This document shows positions 18,337 through 27,629 of a stretch of DNA of 58,106 nucleotides, one piece after another. The notes below the pieces were generated by a model, which searched no databases, was not told the DNA's origin, and worked only from the letters and a program-made list of their open reading frames with translations. Position 1 is the stretch's first letter. Each line of letters starts with the position of its first letter. The position numbers and the translations under genes are program-made. The DNA is from an uncultured bacterium (GTDB lineage: Bacteria; Abyssobacteria; SURF-5). The stretch covers positions 1-58,106 of the forward strand of contig CAZSKP010000007.1 of NCBI GenBank assembly GCA_964607485.1. The letters run 5' to 3'.

Positions 18337-18843
18337 ATGAAAGTCAGATACCTGCTGCCCTTGGCCGTTCTGATAGTTCTCGCCGGATGCGCCTCAGCCC
18401 CTATTGCGACCGACCTGCCTGACATTACGGAGAATCCCAGCCAATTCAGGAACAAACAGATAGAAATCACCGGGCCGGTTCTTGAGAATTCTCCGCCCCA
18501 GGGCGATGAATACCGCACGTGGTCATTCGTCATCGGCTCGGCCGGCGGCGATAAGGTCACGGTGAACGAGGAGGGATTCAACCCCGCGACCATCGAGAAG
18601 GCATATCGTCTCGTCGAAGAGGCCCGCAAGGCGCACGGTGAGGTAACGGTGACCGGCACGTTCAGGGTGGGACCGTACGGCGAACTCGAATCGGGCATGG
18701 AGATCGACCTGGATTCGGTCCGTTACGGCAACACCGAAATCAACACCGACATGGGACCGTTTGTAAGACAGTACTACCCATATTACTATTACCCGGGCCC
18801 ATTCTTTTACCCCTACGGGCCTTACTACCCTTACTATTGGTAA
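18337..18843 (+). CDS. Lipoprotein, OB-fold-like core with Tyr/Pro-rich C-terminal tail
   Basis: GAGGTG RBS, lipobox LAGC, NPSQFRNKQIEITGPV, tail YYPYYYYPGPFFYPYGPYYPYYW. Confidence 0.85.
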   Translation: MKVRYLLPLAVLIVLAGCASAPIATDLPDITENPSQFRNKQIEITGPVLENSPPQGDEYRTWSFVIGSAGGDKVTVNEEGFNPATIEKAYRLVEEARKAHGEVTVTGTFRVGPYGELESGMEIDLDSVRYGNTEINTDMGPFVRQYYPYYYYPGPFFYPYGPYYPYYW

Positions 18844-18953
18844 CGTATCTCAAGCGGCCTAACCGGAGCGCCCCGATGCCGCCCGTCGCCGGAGAGAAGC
18901 GCGGTTCGAGATGCAACGATAGCAATCACAGAACAAGCTTACGGAGGAGACCC

Positions 18954-20579
18954 ATGAGAAAGCTCTTGCCGGTCGTCGTCCTGTCGATTCTGTCCCTTTC
19001 GGTCTCAACAGCCCGCGCCGCCGAGCTCAAGGCCGGCGCGACAATCAACTCCGTCATCGTCTATCCCGACCGCGCCCTTGTCACGCGCACCGCCGAGTTG
19101 GAGTTGGGCGCGGGCGAGCACACCGTCGTATTCGAAAATTTGCCCGCCAATATCGATCCCGATTCGCTCCGAACGAGGGGCGAAGGCGAGGCGAGCGTTC
19201 GCCTTTTCTCGATTGAGTCGAGGAAGGTCATTCTCGAACGTCCGCGCGAGGAGCAGATCGCGCAGCTCGAAGCCGAGATACAGAGCGTTCGCGACCAGCT
19301 CGCCGCCGCCGATGGCCGCATCGTCAACCTGAACGCCGAGCGCGACCTCGTGCGCTCGATCGGCGTGTACGCGGGGCAGCAGTTCTCGAAGGAATTCATC
19401 ACGCGCCAGCCCCGCCCCGACGAATGGAAGGCGATGGTCGAGTTTCAGCGGGAGAACATGGCGCGGCTGAGCGAGCAGACGCAGGAGACCGAAATTCTGA
19501 AGCGCAGCCTGAATCGCCGGCTCGACGCGCTTCTGAGGGAGCTGGGGGAACTCAAGGGTCAGTCGGAGCGAGCCGGGGTGGAAGTGAAAGTGCCTCTTTC
19601 CGCGCTCAAGCCGGGCAAGTTCAGGCTCACGCTCTCGTGCGTTATCTTCGGCGCGGGCTGGTATCCCTCCTACGACGCGCGCGCCGACGTAGAGGCGGAG
19701 CAGGTGGAGATGACCTACATCGGCAACGTCCGCCAGAACACGGGCGAGGATTGGAACGACGTGGACGTGTCCCTCTCGACGGCGAGGCCGGCCATCGGCG
19801 CCAAGATGCCCGAAATCACACCGTGGTATCTGATGCCGCGGCCGCAGGTGGTGTACAAGGCCCAAGGCCTCGAAGACAAGGCGGCCATGCTGTCGAGGGA
19901 ACTCGAGGCGGGCATCGGGGGGCCTCCGGCCGAGATGGCCGTCGCGCAGGTGGTCCAGCGCGGCACATCGGTCCAGTTCAAGGTGCTCAGAAAGATGAAC
20001 ATCCCCAGCGACAACGCCTACCATCGGGCGACCATCCTGACGCAGAAGCTCCCGGCGAAGCTGTCGTACGCGTCCACTCCGAGGCTTTCGCCGTTCGCGT
20101 ATCTGACGGGCAAGCTCACCAACACCACCGGTGCGCAGTGGCTGGCGGGGAAGGTAAGCGTGTTCGTTGACGGCGACTTCATCGGCACGTCGAGCATCAA
20201 GCCGACCGCGCCCAACGAGGAGATCGACCTCGACCTCGGCATCGACGAGGGCATCAAGGTCAAGCGCGAGGAACTGGTGCGCAAAGAGGACGAAACGCGT
20301 ATCTTCGCCAAGAAAAAGGAGCGCGTGTTCAAAGACAGGATCACCGTGGAGAACCACAAGTCGCGGCCCATCGAGCTGCTCCTGATCGACCAGATTCCGG
20401 TGGCGCGGCACGAGGATATCGAGGTGTCCGACGTCGAGTTCAGCGAGAAGCCGACCGAGCTCGACGCCGACAAGGGCATCGTCAAGTGGAAGCTGCCGCT
20501 CGCGCCCGGAGAGAAAAAGGAGATCACCATCGGATTCACCGTCACCCATCCGCTCGACATGCCGGTGATCGGGCTGTGA
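18954..20579 (+). CDS. DUF4140/DUF4139 (MuiA-family) exported protein
   Basis: GGAGGA RBS, signal peptide, VIVYPDRALVTR, WYPSYDAR, QNTGEDWNDVDVSLST, LGIDEGIKVKR, LIDQIP. Confidence 0.88.
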   Translation: MRKLLPVVVLSILSLSVSTARAAELKAGATINSVIVYPDRALVTRTAELELGAGEHTVVFENLPANIDPDSLRTRGEGEASVRLFSIESRKVILERPREEQIAQLEAEIQSVRDQLAAADGRIVNLNAERDLVRSIGVYAGQQFSKEFITRQPRPDEWKAMVEFQRENMARLSEQTQETEILKRSLNRRLDALLRELGELKGQSERAGVEVKVPLSALKPGKFRLTLSCVIFGAGWYPSYDARADVEAEQVEMTYIGNVRQNTGEDWNDVDVSLSTARPAIGAKMPEITPWYLMPRPQVVYKAQGLEDKAAMLSRELEAGIGGPPAEMAVAQVVQRGTSVQFKVLRKMNIPSDNAYHRATILTQKLPAKLSYASTPRLSPFAYLTGKLTNTTGAQWLAGKVSVFVDGDFIGTSSIKPTAPNEEIDLDLGIDEGIKVKREELVRKEDETRIFAKKKERVFKDRITVENHKSRPIELLLIDQIPVARHEDIEVSDVEFSEKPTELDADKGIVKWKLPLAPGEKKEITIGFTVTHPLDMPVIGL

Positions 20580-20606
20580 GAGCAAGAGGAAGGTTTTAAG
20601 ACGACA

Positions 20607-20855
20607 ATGAAAACCAAATCTGTTCCGGAGAAGATTCATGCAGATTCCTCCCTGTGCACGGGGTGCCTGACGTGCGCGCTCAGGTGCTCGTTCCGCGCGA
20701 CGGAGGCGTTCAATCCCGCCGCGTCGCGAGTCCAGATAATCCTGCAGCCCGACGGCATGGGCTACGACATTGCGTTCACCGACGAGTGCGACGGATGCCT
20801 CATCTGCGTCGAGTACTGTCCCTATGGCGCACTCACGAAACGGAAGGATGAATGA
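20607..20855 (+). CDS. Small 4Fe-4S dicluster ferredoxin partner of AOR
   Basis: CTGCLTCALRC and CDGCLICVEYCP; overlaps the AOR start. Confidence 0.92.
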   Translation: MKTKSVPEKIHADSSLCTGCLTCALRCSFRATEAFNPAASRVQIILQPDGMGYDIAFTDECDGCLICVEYCPYGALTKRKDE

Positions 20856-22800
20856 AGTGGAACAATACTTCGGATACGCCGGAAACATTCTTACCGTGGA
20901 CCTCGGCTCGGGAGCCTCTTCGACGGAACCTCTCGACATGGATGCCGCCGGAAAATACATCGGCGGGTTCGGCCTGAGCAATTATCTCGGTTACGAGAAC
21001 ATACCCGCGGGCGTGGACGCCCTTTCCGCCGACAATCTGGTCATCGTTGGCGCCGGCGCACTGTGTGGCACCGCCGCTCCGGGCGCGTCGAAAACGATGG
21101 CGACCACAAAGCTCGTGACCGGCACGGTCGGCACCTGCTTCGGCGGCGGCGGCTTCGGGCCCGTGCTCAAGTGGGCGGGCTACGACCACGTGATAATACG
21201 GGGCGGCTCCGACGCGCCCGTGTATGTCCTTATCGAGGACGACTCGGTCCGGCTGTGCGACGCGTCCGATTTGTGGGGGCTGGACATTTACGAAACCACC
21301 GACGCGCTCCACAAGCGGCACGGGGCCTCGGCCAACGTTATCGCAATCGGCAAGGCGGGCGAGAACAAGGTCGCGGTCGCATTCACGCTGGTGAACAAGT
21401 ACGGCACGCTGGGCCGGGGCGGGCTGGGCGCGGTGCTGGGCGCGAAAAACTGTAAGGCAATCGTCGCTCGCGGCTCGAAAGGGATACGCGTCGCCGACGC
21501 GCGCGAGTTCATGCGCGTCGCGAACGAGATACACAAGAAGATCATGTCCATTTCGTTCCGCGAGGATTGGGTCAAACAGGGGCTGTACCTCGGGTGGCCG
21601 ATGTGGTGCAAGCAGATAAAGGCCCGGCGCGACAACCCGTCGTTCGACGAAGACAAGGCGACCGAGCTGTTCGGAAGCGCGGTGTACGAGCGGATGTTCG
21701 AGAGAGCCGTCTCCTGCCCGTCGGCCTGCCCGCTGGCCGACAAGGCCGTTGTCAGGCTGCTCTCGGGCGAGAGAAAGGGAGAGCGTCTGCCCGTATCGTA
21801 CGGCCTTGGCGCCACGATGACGTGGGCCGCTCTCTTCGATATAGACGACATATCCCAGTCGGTGCAGTGCTACGACGTCTGCAATCGTTACGGGCTCGAC
21901 GGCATGGCTACGGTGCACCTGGTGGATTTTGCGATAACGCTGTATGAGAACGAGGTCATTTCCCGCGACGACGCCGACGGCATGGAGCTCCGCCGCGACT
22001 ACGACACCGTCATGAAGATGATAGAGAAGATCGCCCACCGCGAGGGCATCGGCGACGTGCTCGCGCGGGGAATGGTCCCGGCCGCCGAGGAGTTCGGGGA
22101 ACGCTCGCTCCCGTTTGCGGCCCACATCAAGGGGCTCAACCCGATGGGCGACCCCAGGCCGCACCTGGAGGGGATGATGGGGATATCGCAGTTCGTCAGC
22201 CCCGGCCGATGCTACGCGACGCAGGGGAACACGCCCGCGTTTCTCCCCGGCCGTCCGCCCGCCAAGTTCCGCCGGTACGCCGAAAAAATCGGCACGGACG
22301 CAAATGCGCTCGGAAGGATATTCGTCGGCGACGGGTTCAGCCTGCCGCGGCTCGTCGCGCACGCCGAGAACTGGTACGCGCTGTGCAGCTCGTTGGGTGT
22401 CTGCTCGCGGCAACCGGTCATTCAGAGCTACGAGCTGGATACGGCCGCCTCACTCTACAACGCGGCGACGGGAGCGGGGCTGACGCCGGAGGATGCGATA
22501 AAGGCGGCCGAACGCGGCTGGACCATATTGAAGATGGCCAACGTGCGCGAGGGGTTCGACAGGAAGGATGATAAATATCCGCGCGAATTTTTCAAGCCGC
22601 TTCAGACCGTGAGCGGAGAGATGCGGCTGAGCGATTATAATCACGAGCGCTACCTGACGCCCGAGGACGTGGAAAAGATGTTCGACGAATACTACGACGA
22701 GCGCGGGTGGACACTGAAGAGCGGAGTGCCGGCGCGCGGCAAGCTCGCCGAACTCGGCCTTGAGCGTGTGGCGGATGAGCTGAGCGACCGGCTCGCTTGA
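20848..22800 (+). CDS. Aldehyde:ferredoxin oxidoreductase family protein (tungstopterin AOR family)
   Basis: GYAGNILTVDL, LKWAGYDHVIIRG, IGKAGEN, GRGGLGAVLGAKNCKAI, CNRYGLD, YYDERGW. Confidence 0.93.
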   Translation: MNEVEQYFGYAGNILTVDLGSGASSTEPLDMDAAGKYIGGFGLSNYLGYENIPAGVDALSADNLVIVGAGALCGTAAPGASKTMATTKLVTGTVGTCFGGGGFGPVLKWAGYDHVIIRGGSDAPVYVLIEDDSVRLCDASDLWGLDIYETTDALHKRHGASANVIAIGKAGENKVAVAFTLVNKYGTLGRGGLGAVLGAKNCKAIVARGSKGIRVADAREFMRVANEIHKKIMSISFREDWVKQGLYLGWPMWCKQIKARRDNPSFDEDKATELFGSAVYERMFERAVSCPSACPLADKAVVRLLSGERKGERLPVSYGLGATMTWAALFDIDDISQSVQCYDVCNRYGLDGMATVHLVDFAITLYENEVISRDDADGMELRRDYDTVMKMIEKIAHREGIGDVLARGMVPAAEEFGERSLPFAAHIKGLNPMGDPRPHLEGMMGISQFVSPGRCYATQGNTPAFLPGRPPAKFRRYAEKIGTDANALGRIFVGDGFSLPRLVAHAENWYALCSSLGVCSRQPVIQSYELDTAASLYNAATGAGLTPEDAIKAAERGWTILKMANVREGFDRKDDKYPREFFKPLQTVSGEMRLSDYNHERYLTPEDVEKMFDEYYDERGWTLKSGVPARGKLAELGLERVADELSDRLA

Positions 22801-22828
22801 GTGAGCCCGCACGCGGGGAGACTGCACG

Positions 22829-23227
22829 TTGGACGACGAAAAGATTTGCGAGATATTGCAGGCATCGAAGACGGTCGCCGTCGTCGGGCTGTCGCCCAAT
22901 CCGGAGCGCGACAGCCACGAAGTCGCCCAATACCTTCAGGAAGCCGGATACAAGATTATCCCGATCAATCCCAAGGCCGACGAGATACTGGGCGAAAAGG
23001 CGTACCCCGACCTCGCCTCCGTCCCGGAGGAAATCGACGTGGTCGACATATTTCGCAGGCCCGAGCATGTTCCGCCGATCGTGGACGAGGCGATCAAGGC
23101 GGGCGCGAACACGGTGTGGATGCAGCTTGGCGTGGTGAACGAGGAGGCTGCGGAAAAGGCGGCCGAGGCGGGGCTCGACGTGGTGATGGACCGCTGCATG
23201 TTGCGCGAGCACAAGCGATTACTCTGA
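22829..23227 (+). CDS. CoA-binding protein (YccU-like)
   Basis: AVVGLSPNPERDS, DVVDIFRR, VWMQLG, VVMDRCM; TTG start. Confidence 0.92.
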   Translation: MDDEKICEILQASKTVAVVGLSPNPERDSHEVAQYLQEAGYKIIPINPKADEILGEKAYPDLASVPEEIDVVDIFRRPEHVPPIVDEAIKAGANTVWMQLGVVNEEAAEKAAEAGLDVVMDRCMLREHKRLL

Positions 23228-23265
23228 ACAAAATACTCTAGGGCCACATCGCAGGAGGTTCGGAC

Positions 23266-23586
23266 ATGAAAGAAGAGCTGCCGAAGCATTTCAAGAAGCT
23301 TGTCGAGAAATATCCCACGGTGTGGGACGCCCACCAGAAGATGACCGAAGCATGCGCCGAATCCGGGCCCATCGACCGCAAGACGCGGGAGCTTATCAAG
23401 ATGGCGATATCCGCGGCGGCCAACCAGGAAACGGCGGTCGAGCGACACGCGGTGATGGCGATTCAGGAGGGCGCGAGTGAGGAAGAAGTGTATCAGACGC
23501 TCCTGTTGCTGGTCACCACTGTCGGCTTCCCGCGGATGTCTGCGGCGGTGAAGTGGGCCGAGAGCGCGCTCACCAAGAAGAAATAA
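23266..23586 (+). CDS. Carboxymuconolactone decarboxylase (CMD/AhpD-like) family protein
   Basis: AGGAGG RBS; GPIDRKTRELIK...H...GASEEE...TTVGFP. Confidence 0.88.
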   Translation: MKEELPKHFKKLVEKYPTVWDAHQKMTEACAESGPIDRKTRELIKMAISAAANQETAVERHAVMAIQEGASEEEVYQTLLLLVTTVGFPRMSAAVKWAESALTKKK

Positions 23587-23654
23587 CGCGAAGAAGCGAG
23601 CCGCCCCGACACGCGGCACGACAAGTAATACACAAGCTCTTCGGATTTCCCTTT

Positions 23655-23711
23655 GCAGGCTGGAAGCCTGCGCTACTTTCAGAGTCGTCGTAGCGCAGGC
23701 ATCTTGCCTGC
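23655..23711. repeat. REP doublet (REPIN) with GTAG feet, copy 1
   Basis: gcaggctggaagcctgcgctac, 13-bp spacer, gtagcgcaggcatcttgcctgc; between convergent genes. Confidence 0.85.
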
Positions 23712-23764
23712 AAAACGCCACGACGCAAGGCGCAAGTAATACATACCCCCTTAGGTGAACGGCA

Positions 23765-26188
23765 TTAGGATAGCTCTTCTTGAGATGCGCCGCCTGCAGG
23801 AGCGAGATGGTTCACTCCCAGCACGGCAAATGCGACTTGATAGGTCAGAATGGCAACGAGCATCACCGCGTTGAACCCGAAGTTCATCGAGAGGATCACC
23901 GTCAGGATCGACCCGATAACGGTGCAGCACCCGTTCACCGCCCAGGCCCAGGGGATCAGAGAAGGATTCCATCGGTTCAGCAGCCTGATGCCGTAGGCGA
24001 AGGGCACGCCCAGCAGCAGGCTGATGGGAGCGAGCACGCCCACGGTGATTGCGATACGAGCGGGCAGCGGCAATCCGATGCACGAACTCACCAGCCGGGG
24101 AGAAAGAAAGATGAACAGAACCAGCAGCAACGCCAGCCCCAAAGGCACCAGCCAGACGCGTCGGTCGGGCGGGTGGAACCAGCGGACGGACACCAGACTC
24201 CCCAGGCCGGCAAACACGAGGACGGAGAATAGTGTGACGGTGATGGAATAGAGCGGGTGGCCGAGGAACAGCGTGAGCTTCTGCATGGCCACGATCTCAA
24301 CGGCGATGAACCCGAAGCCCAGGCCGGCGAAATAGACCAAGAATCGTTTGAACCGGGTTCGCCGGATTCCCTTTCGCTCAAAGACAACCAGCGGAAGCAC
24401 GATGAACGCCACGCTGAGCATGGCGCTGACCCCAAGCTGCCAGAGGATGAACGAGGTGCTCATCGGATACGCCGGTTCGATGTCCCGCATGTTGCGTGTC
24501 GAACTCAGAGGATTCCGCCACTTGTTGAAGAAGAAGAAATAGGGCCGGTCGTCTGTGGTCGGAGAGATATCCGTCTTGCACTGCCGTATGAAGGCATGCT
24601 TATCCTTCGTCCGAATGAAAGTCTCCACCAGGGTGCCGAAGCTGCGGCCGGGCAGGTACACCGGCTCGAGCCCGACCTCTCTCACAAAGCGCGCCGTTCG
24701 GTTTACCTCGTCTGCGGTGAACAGACCCTTCTTCACAAGAACGGCTATCACGTGAGGGTTGCGAATGCAGATGATGGAGTCGCTGAAATTCGGTATTCCC
24801 TCCGCTTCGAAGGCCGAGTAGATATTCGAGACAAGGCGCAGCGACTCCGACGGCCCCGGAATCCTCGAAATCTGTAGGATGCCGCCCTCGGCAAGACGCG
24901 CGTACATGCTCTCGATGGCCTCCCGGGTGTAAAGGTAGTTTTCGGCCAGCACATAAGCTCCCGAGACAAGCGCCGTCCACGTGTCGAGTCCGGTCATCTG
25001 GATGATGTCATAGGTATCGGTATCCGCGGTCAGGGCGTTGCGCCCCTCCGCGCAGACGAGGTGGATGCGTGGGTCGTCCAGCAGCGTCCTGGAGTAGGTG
25101 GGCAGCACCTTGCGATGGACGTCCAGGACAGACTGGTTGAGTTCGACGCCCTTCACGGCGCTGGCCTCATGGATCTCGGCGGCCCACAAGTCGTTTCCTC
25201 CGCCCACGCCGAGCACGAAAACACGCGGCCGTTCTTTGAGCTGCATCGAGACCGAGAACATGGAGCGCTCGATTATCTTCAGACACTCAGGGTGTTCTGA
25301 GAAATTCAGGATGAAGGTGCCGGCGCTGCCGTCTTGCAGGATAATCTTTTCCTCGGGAATCGGAGGCAGCCCGGCGGTCTTATTCCCCCGGCCGAAGATG
25401 AACCGGTCTTTATCGGCGACGGGCACGAGGTCCACGCGGCTGTTGCTGCTCCACTGGGAAAAATCGGGGACGCGGGCAATCGGCATGCGTACCTTGTCCG
25501 TAAAATCGAGGAGGTCCTTGCCGGGCACGGGAAATTGTTTGTCAAATGTCGGCAGGAGCCATATGCCCAGAACCCCGACAACAATTCCGGCCGTCACCAC
25601 CGCCTTCTTCCTTTTGGGGGGAACAGCGACGACGGTAGCCATCAGGGCCAGCAGTGCGAGCAAAACGAAACATCCGCCCGCACCGTATTTCGACAACAGG
25701 AAGGGACACAGCAGGCATCCCAGCCCTGCGCCCGCCAAATCGAAAAAGTAAACCGTGTTTACCTGTTCCGCGTTGAAGGTGAGAATCGTCCCGACCACCG
25801 TGCCGCCGAAGAAGAAGGGGAGGGCCGCCACCAGGTTGTAAGTGAAAAACCGCGAGAAATCGGCGAAGCGCCAGAGCTGGAGTGTGTAGCCGATTTGAAA
25901 GGTCAGTAGGAAGGCATACGTCAGGACGAGCGAAACCAGATAGAGGAAAGAAAAGAGGGCGATCCAGAAGCGAGGACGCTCTTTCCAGGTCTCCTGGCAG
26001 ATGGAAATCAGCGTTCCGCTTGCGCCGATTCCGAGAAGGGCATTGCTGATTATCAAGAACCCGAAATGGAAAAGAAGGCGCAGCGCGGAAATGCGCGTCA
26101 GGAGGATTTCATATGTGAGCATCGAACAAGAGACAAGCCCGATGACCGCGAGCGAAAAGAGGCTGGCTGTTGCACGCTTCGAAGACAT
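23765..26188 (-). CDS. Polytopic membrane protein fused to a spermidine-synthase-like class I SAM-dependent domain
   Basis: N- and C-terminal TM blocks; VFVLGVGGGND, GVELN, EGR, AENYLYTREA, TTDDRPYFF, WAWAVNG. Confidence 0.85.
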   Translation of the reverse strand: MSSKRATASLFSLAVIGLVSCSMLTYEILLTRISALRLLFHFGFLIISNALLGIGASGTLISICQETWKERPRFWIALFSFLYLVSLVLTYAFLLTFQIGYTLQLWRFADFSRFFTYNLVAALPFFFGGTVVGTILTFNAEQVNTVYFFDLAGAGLGCLLCPFLLSKYGAGGCFVLLALLALMATVVAVPPKRKKAVVTAGIVVGVLGIWLLPTFDKQFPVPGKDLLDFTDKVRMPIARVPDFSQWSSNSRVDLVPVADKDRFIFGRGNKTAGLPPIPEEKIILQDGSAGTFILNFSEHPECLKIIERSMFSVSMQLKERPRVFVLGVGGGNDLWAAEIHEASAVKGVELNQSVLDVHRKVLPTYSRTLLDDPRIHLVCAEGRNALTADTDTYDIIQMTGLDTWTALVSGAYVLAENYLYTREAIESMYARLAEGGILQISRIPGPSESLRLVSNIYSAFEAEGIPNFSDSIICIRNPHVIAVLVKKGLFTADEVNRTARFVREVGLEPVYLPGRSFGTLVETFIRTKDKHAFIRQCKTDISPTTDDRPYFFFFNKWRNPLSSTRNMRDIEPAYPMSTSFILWQLGVSAMLSVAFIVLPLVVFERKGIRRTRFKRFLVYFAGLGFGFIAVEIVAMQKLTLFLGHPLYSITVTLFSVLVFAGLGSLVSVRWFHPPDRRVWLVPLGLALLLVLFIFLSPRLVSSCIGLPLPARIAITVGVLAPISLLLGVPFAYGIRLLNRWNPSLIPWAWAVNGCCTVIGSILTVILSMNFGFNAVMLVAILTYQVAFAVLGVNHLAPAGGASQEELS

Positions 26189-26241
26189 ATGAATGAGCGC
26201 TTTCGGAAAACCGTGCGGATCGCAAAGATGACAGTCCTTAC

Positions 26242-26270
26242 AGAATAATCAAACGGATTTTGCGTGTCAA
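26242..26270 (-). promoter_or_regulatory. Putative sigma70 promoter of the 23765-26188 gene
   Basis: Minus strand TTGACA, 17 bp, TATTCT. Confidence 0.6.
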
Positions 26271-26398
26271 GGGAGAAGATGGATTTGGTGTTCTCCTCCG
26301 CGACATTCGAGGCGGGGCTTCCGTCCGTCCCGCGGGCCTGCAATGGCCAGTCAGGCTCGCAGTGACAGAGAGCATGATGCCGTCGTTGCGGGCGGTCA

Positions 26399-26695
26399 TC
26401 AGAGTTTCGTCTTTCCGTTTCGTTCGATTTCCATCAGGGCCCTGATGCCGTAGTAGAAGCACTCTTTCTGAAAGGCGGTTTCCCATTCCTTGACTATGGG
26501 CGGCTGGTCTCTGCGTGCCCCTTTCAGTTTTCCCTTCTCGATGGCCTCCGCCAGCTCCTCCTCTCGGCCTTTCCGCGACTCGTATGCTCTGTCGAGCCAT
26601 CCGGGGGGCACGTTCCCGCCCGCTCGCTTGAGGAGCATGTAACCTTTTACCGGGCTGCCTTTGGCCGCGTCAAACAGCTTCGCCTTTCTTGGCAT
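26399..26695 (-). CDS. Small basic hypothetical protein (98 aa)
   Basis: Strong AAGGAGGT RBS before the ATG at 26695; MPRKAKLF...KECFYYGIRALMEIER. Confidence 0.7.
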   Translation of the reverse strand: MPRKAKLFDAAKGSPVKGYMLLKRAGGNVPPGWLDRAYESRKGREEELAEAIEKGKLKGARRDQPPIVKEWETAFQKECFYYGIRALMEIERNGKTKL

Positions 26696-26920
26696 GGGGG
26701 ACCTCCTTTTCGCGTACGGAACATGCCGCTGGTGCCGACGGCGTGCAGGCGGCACGCTGGAGAGATGCTGAAAGCTTTCCGCTGTCATTCATCGAGTTCT
26801 TGGGAAGAAAGAGGATGGGACGAAAAATTGCGAGCTCGGCGCAGATGCGCGTTGGCGCTGACGAGACCAAATTTGGGATACCCCGCCTAATCCGTGGATG
26901 TTCGGAATATCACGCGGCGA

Positions 26921-27460
26921 TCAGAACTTCTTCGCGCGCTCCAACTCATCTTTCACTTCGCCATATAGCTTTTCGTATTGCTGCTTCATCAGTTGTTCAC
27001 GCATATCCACTAGGTAAGCCGACGTCTGCGACTGGTATTCCCGGATGAGCTCGTCTTCCATCGTGCCCTCCGACGGGGGCATCTGGGCAATCCTCTCTTC
27101 GGCGACCATGAATTTTTCGCGCTCCGATTGGAGGTAGCGAATGCCGTTTTCCATGGCTTGCAGGAGTCGGACGTGGATGGTCTTCATGAGGAAGGGCGGC
27201 TCCATGGCCTTCATCTGATTCCGGAGGTTCTGCTTCGACGCGATGTAGCTGTCGAGCTTCGTGAGATAATCGGGGTCCTTGAACGCATTCACCCTTGGAA
27301 GCTGGGCGACGCGGACATCGATCGCGTCGTTCTGCTCGATGAGCGGCATGACCTGCGCCAGGTACTTCTTGCGGCCGCTTCCGCAGCCGGCCACAAGCAG
27401 CGCCGACGCCGTCAGAACGAGCATCCACCTGCCTGCCAGGGCAAGGATTGGTCGGTGCAT
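26921..27460 (-). CDS. Helical lipoprotein of unknown function
   Basis: GGAGGTG RBS, lipobox VAGC, coiled-coil-like body. Confidence 0.78.
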   Translation of the reverse strand: MHRPILALAGRWMLVLTASALLVAGCGSGRKKYLAQVMPLIEQNDAIDVRVAQLPRVNAFKDPDYLTKLDSYIASKQNLRNQMKAMEPPFLMKTIHVRLLQAMENGIRYLQSEREKFMVAEERIAQMPPSEGTMEDELIREYQSQTSAYLVDMREQLMKQQYEKLYGEVKDELERAKKF

Positions 27461-27629
27461 GACGGGACACCTCCCTCTTGAGAAATCGCCCTTCCGCCTG
27501 TGGGAAGGGAATCTTGACGCATGTTCTTCAACCGGAAAAGTTGAAGTCCCCCGTTGGCCGAGGGGGCCGAGGGGGACCTTGCGATTGCGCTTTACCGGAT
27601 TGTCCAATCCAGCCTCTCGCAACTGAGCG

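Noticed and set aside
19005-22413. Minus-strand ORFs of 658 and 526 aa
   Set aside because: Shadows of the DUF4139 and AOR genes.
26696-27629. Sigma-54 (-24/-12) promoters upstream of the two genes downstream of the activator
   Set aside because: I found no convincing TGGCAC-N5-TTGC (GG-N10-GC) site by eye, so local targets are unproven.
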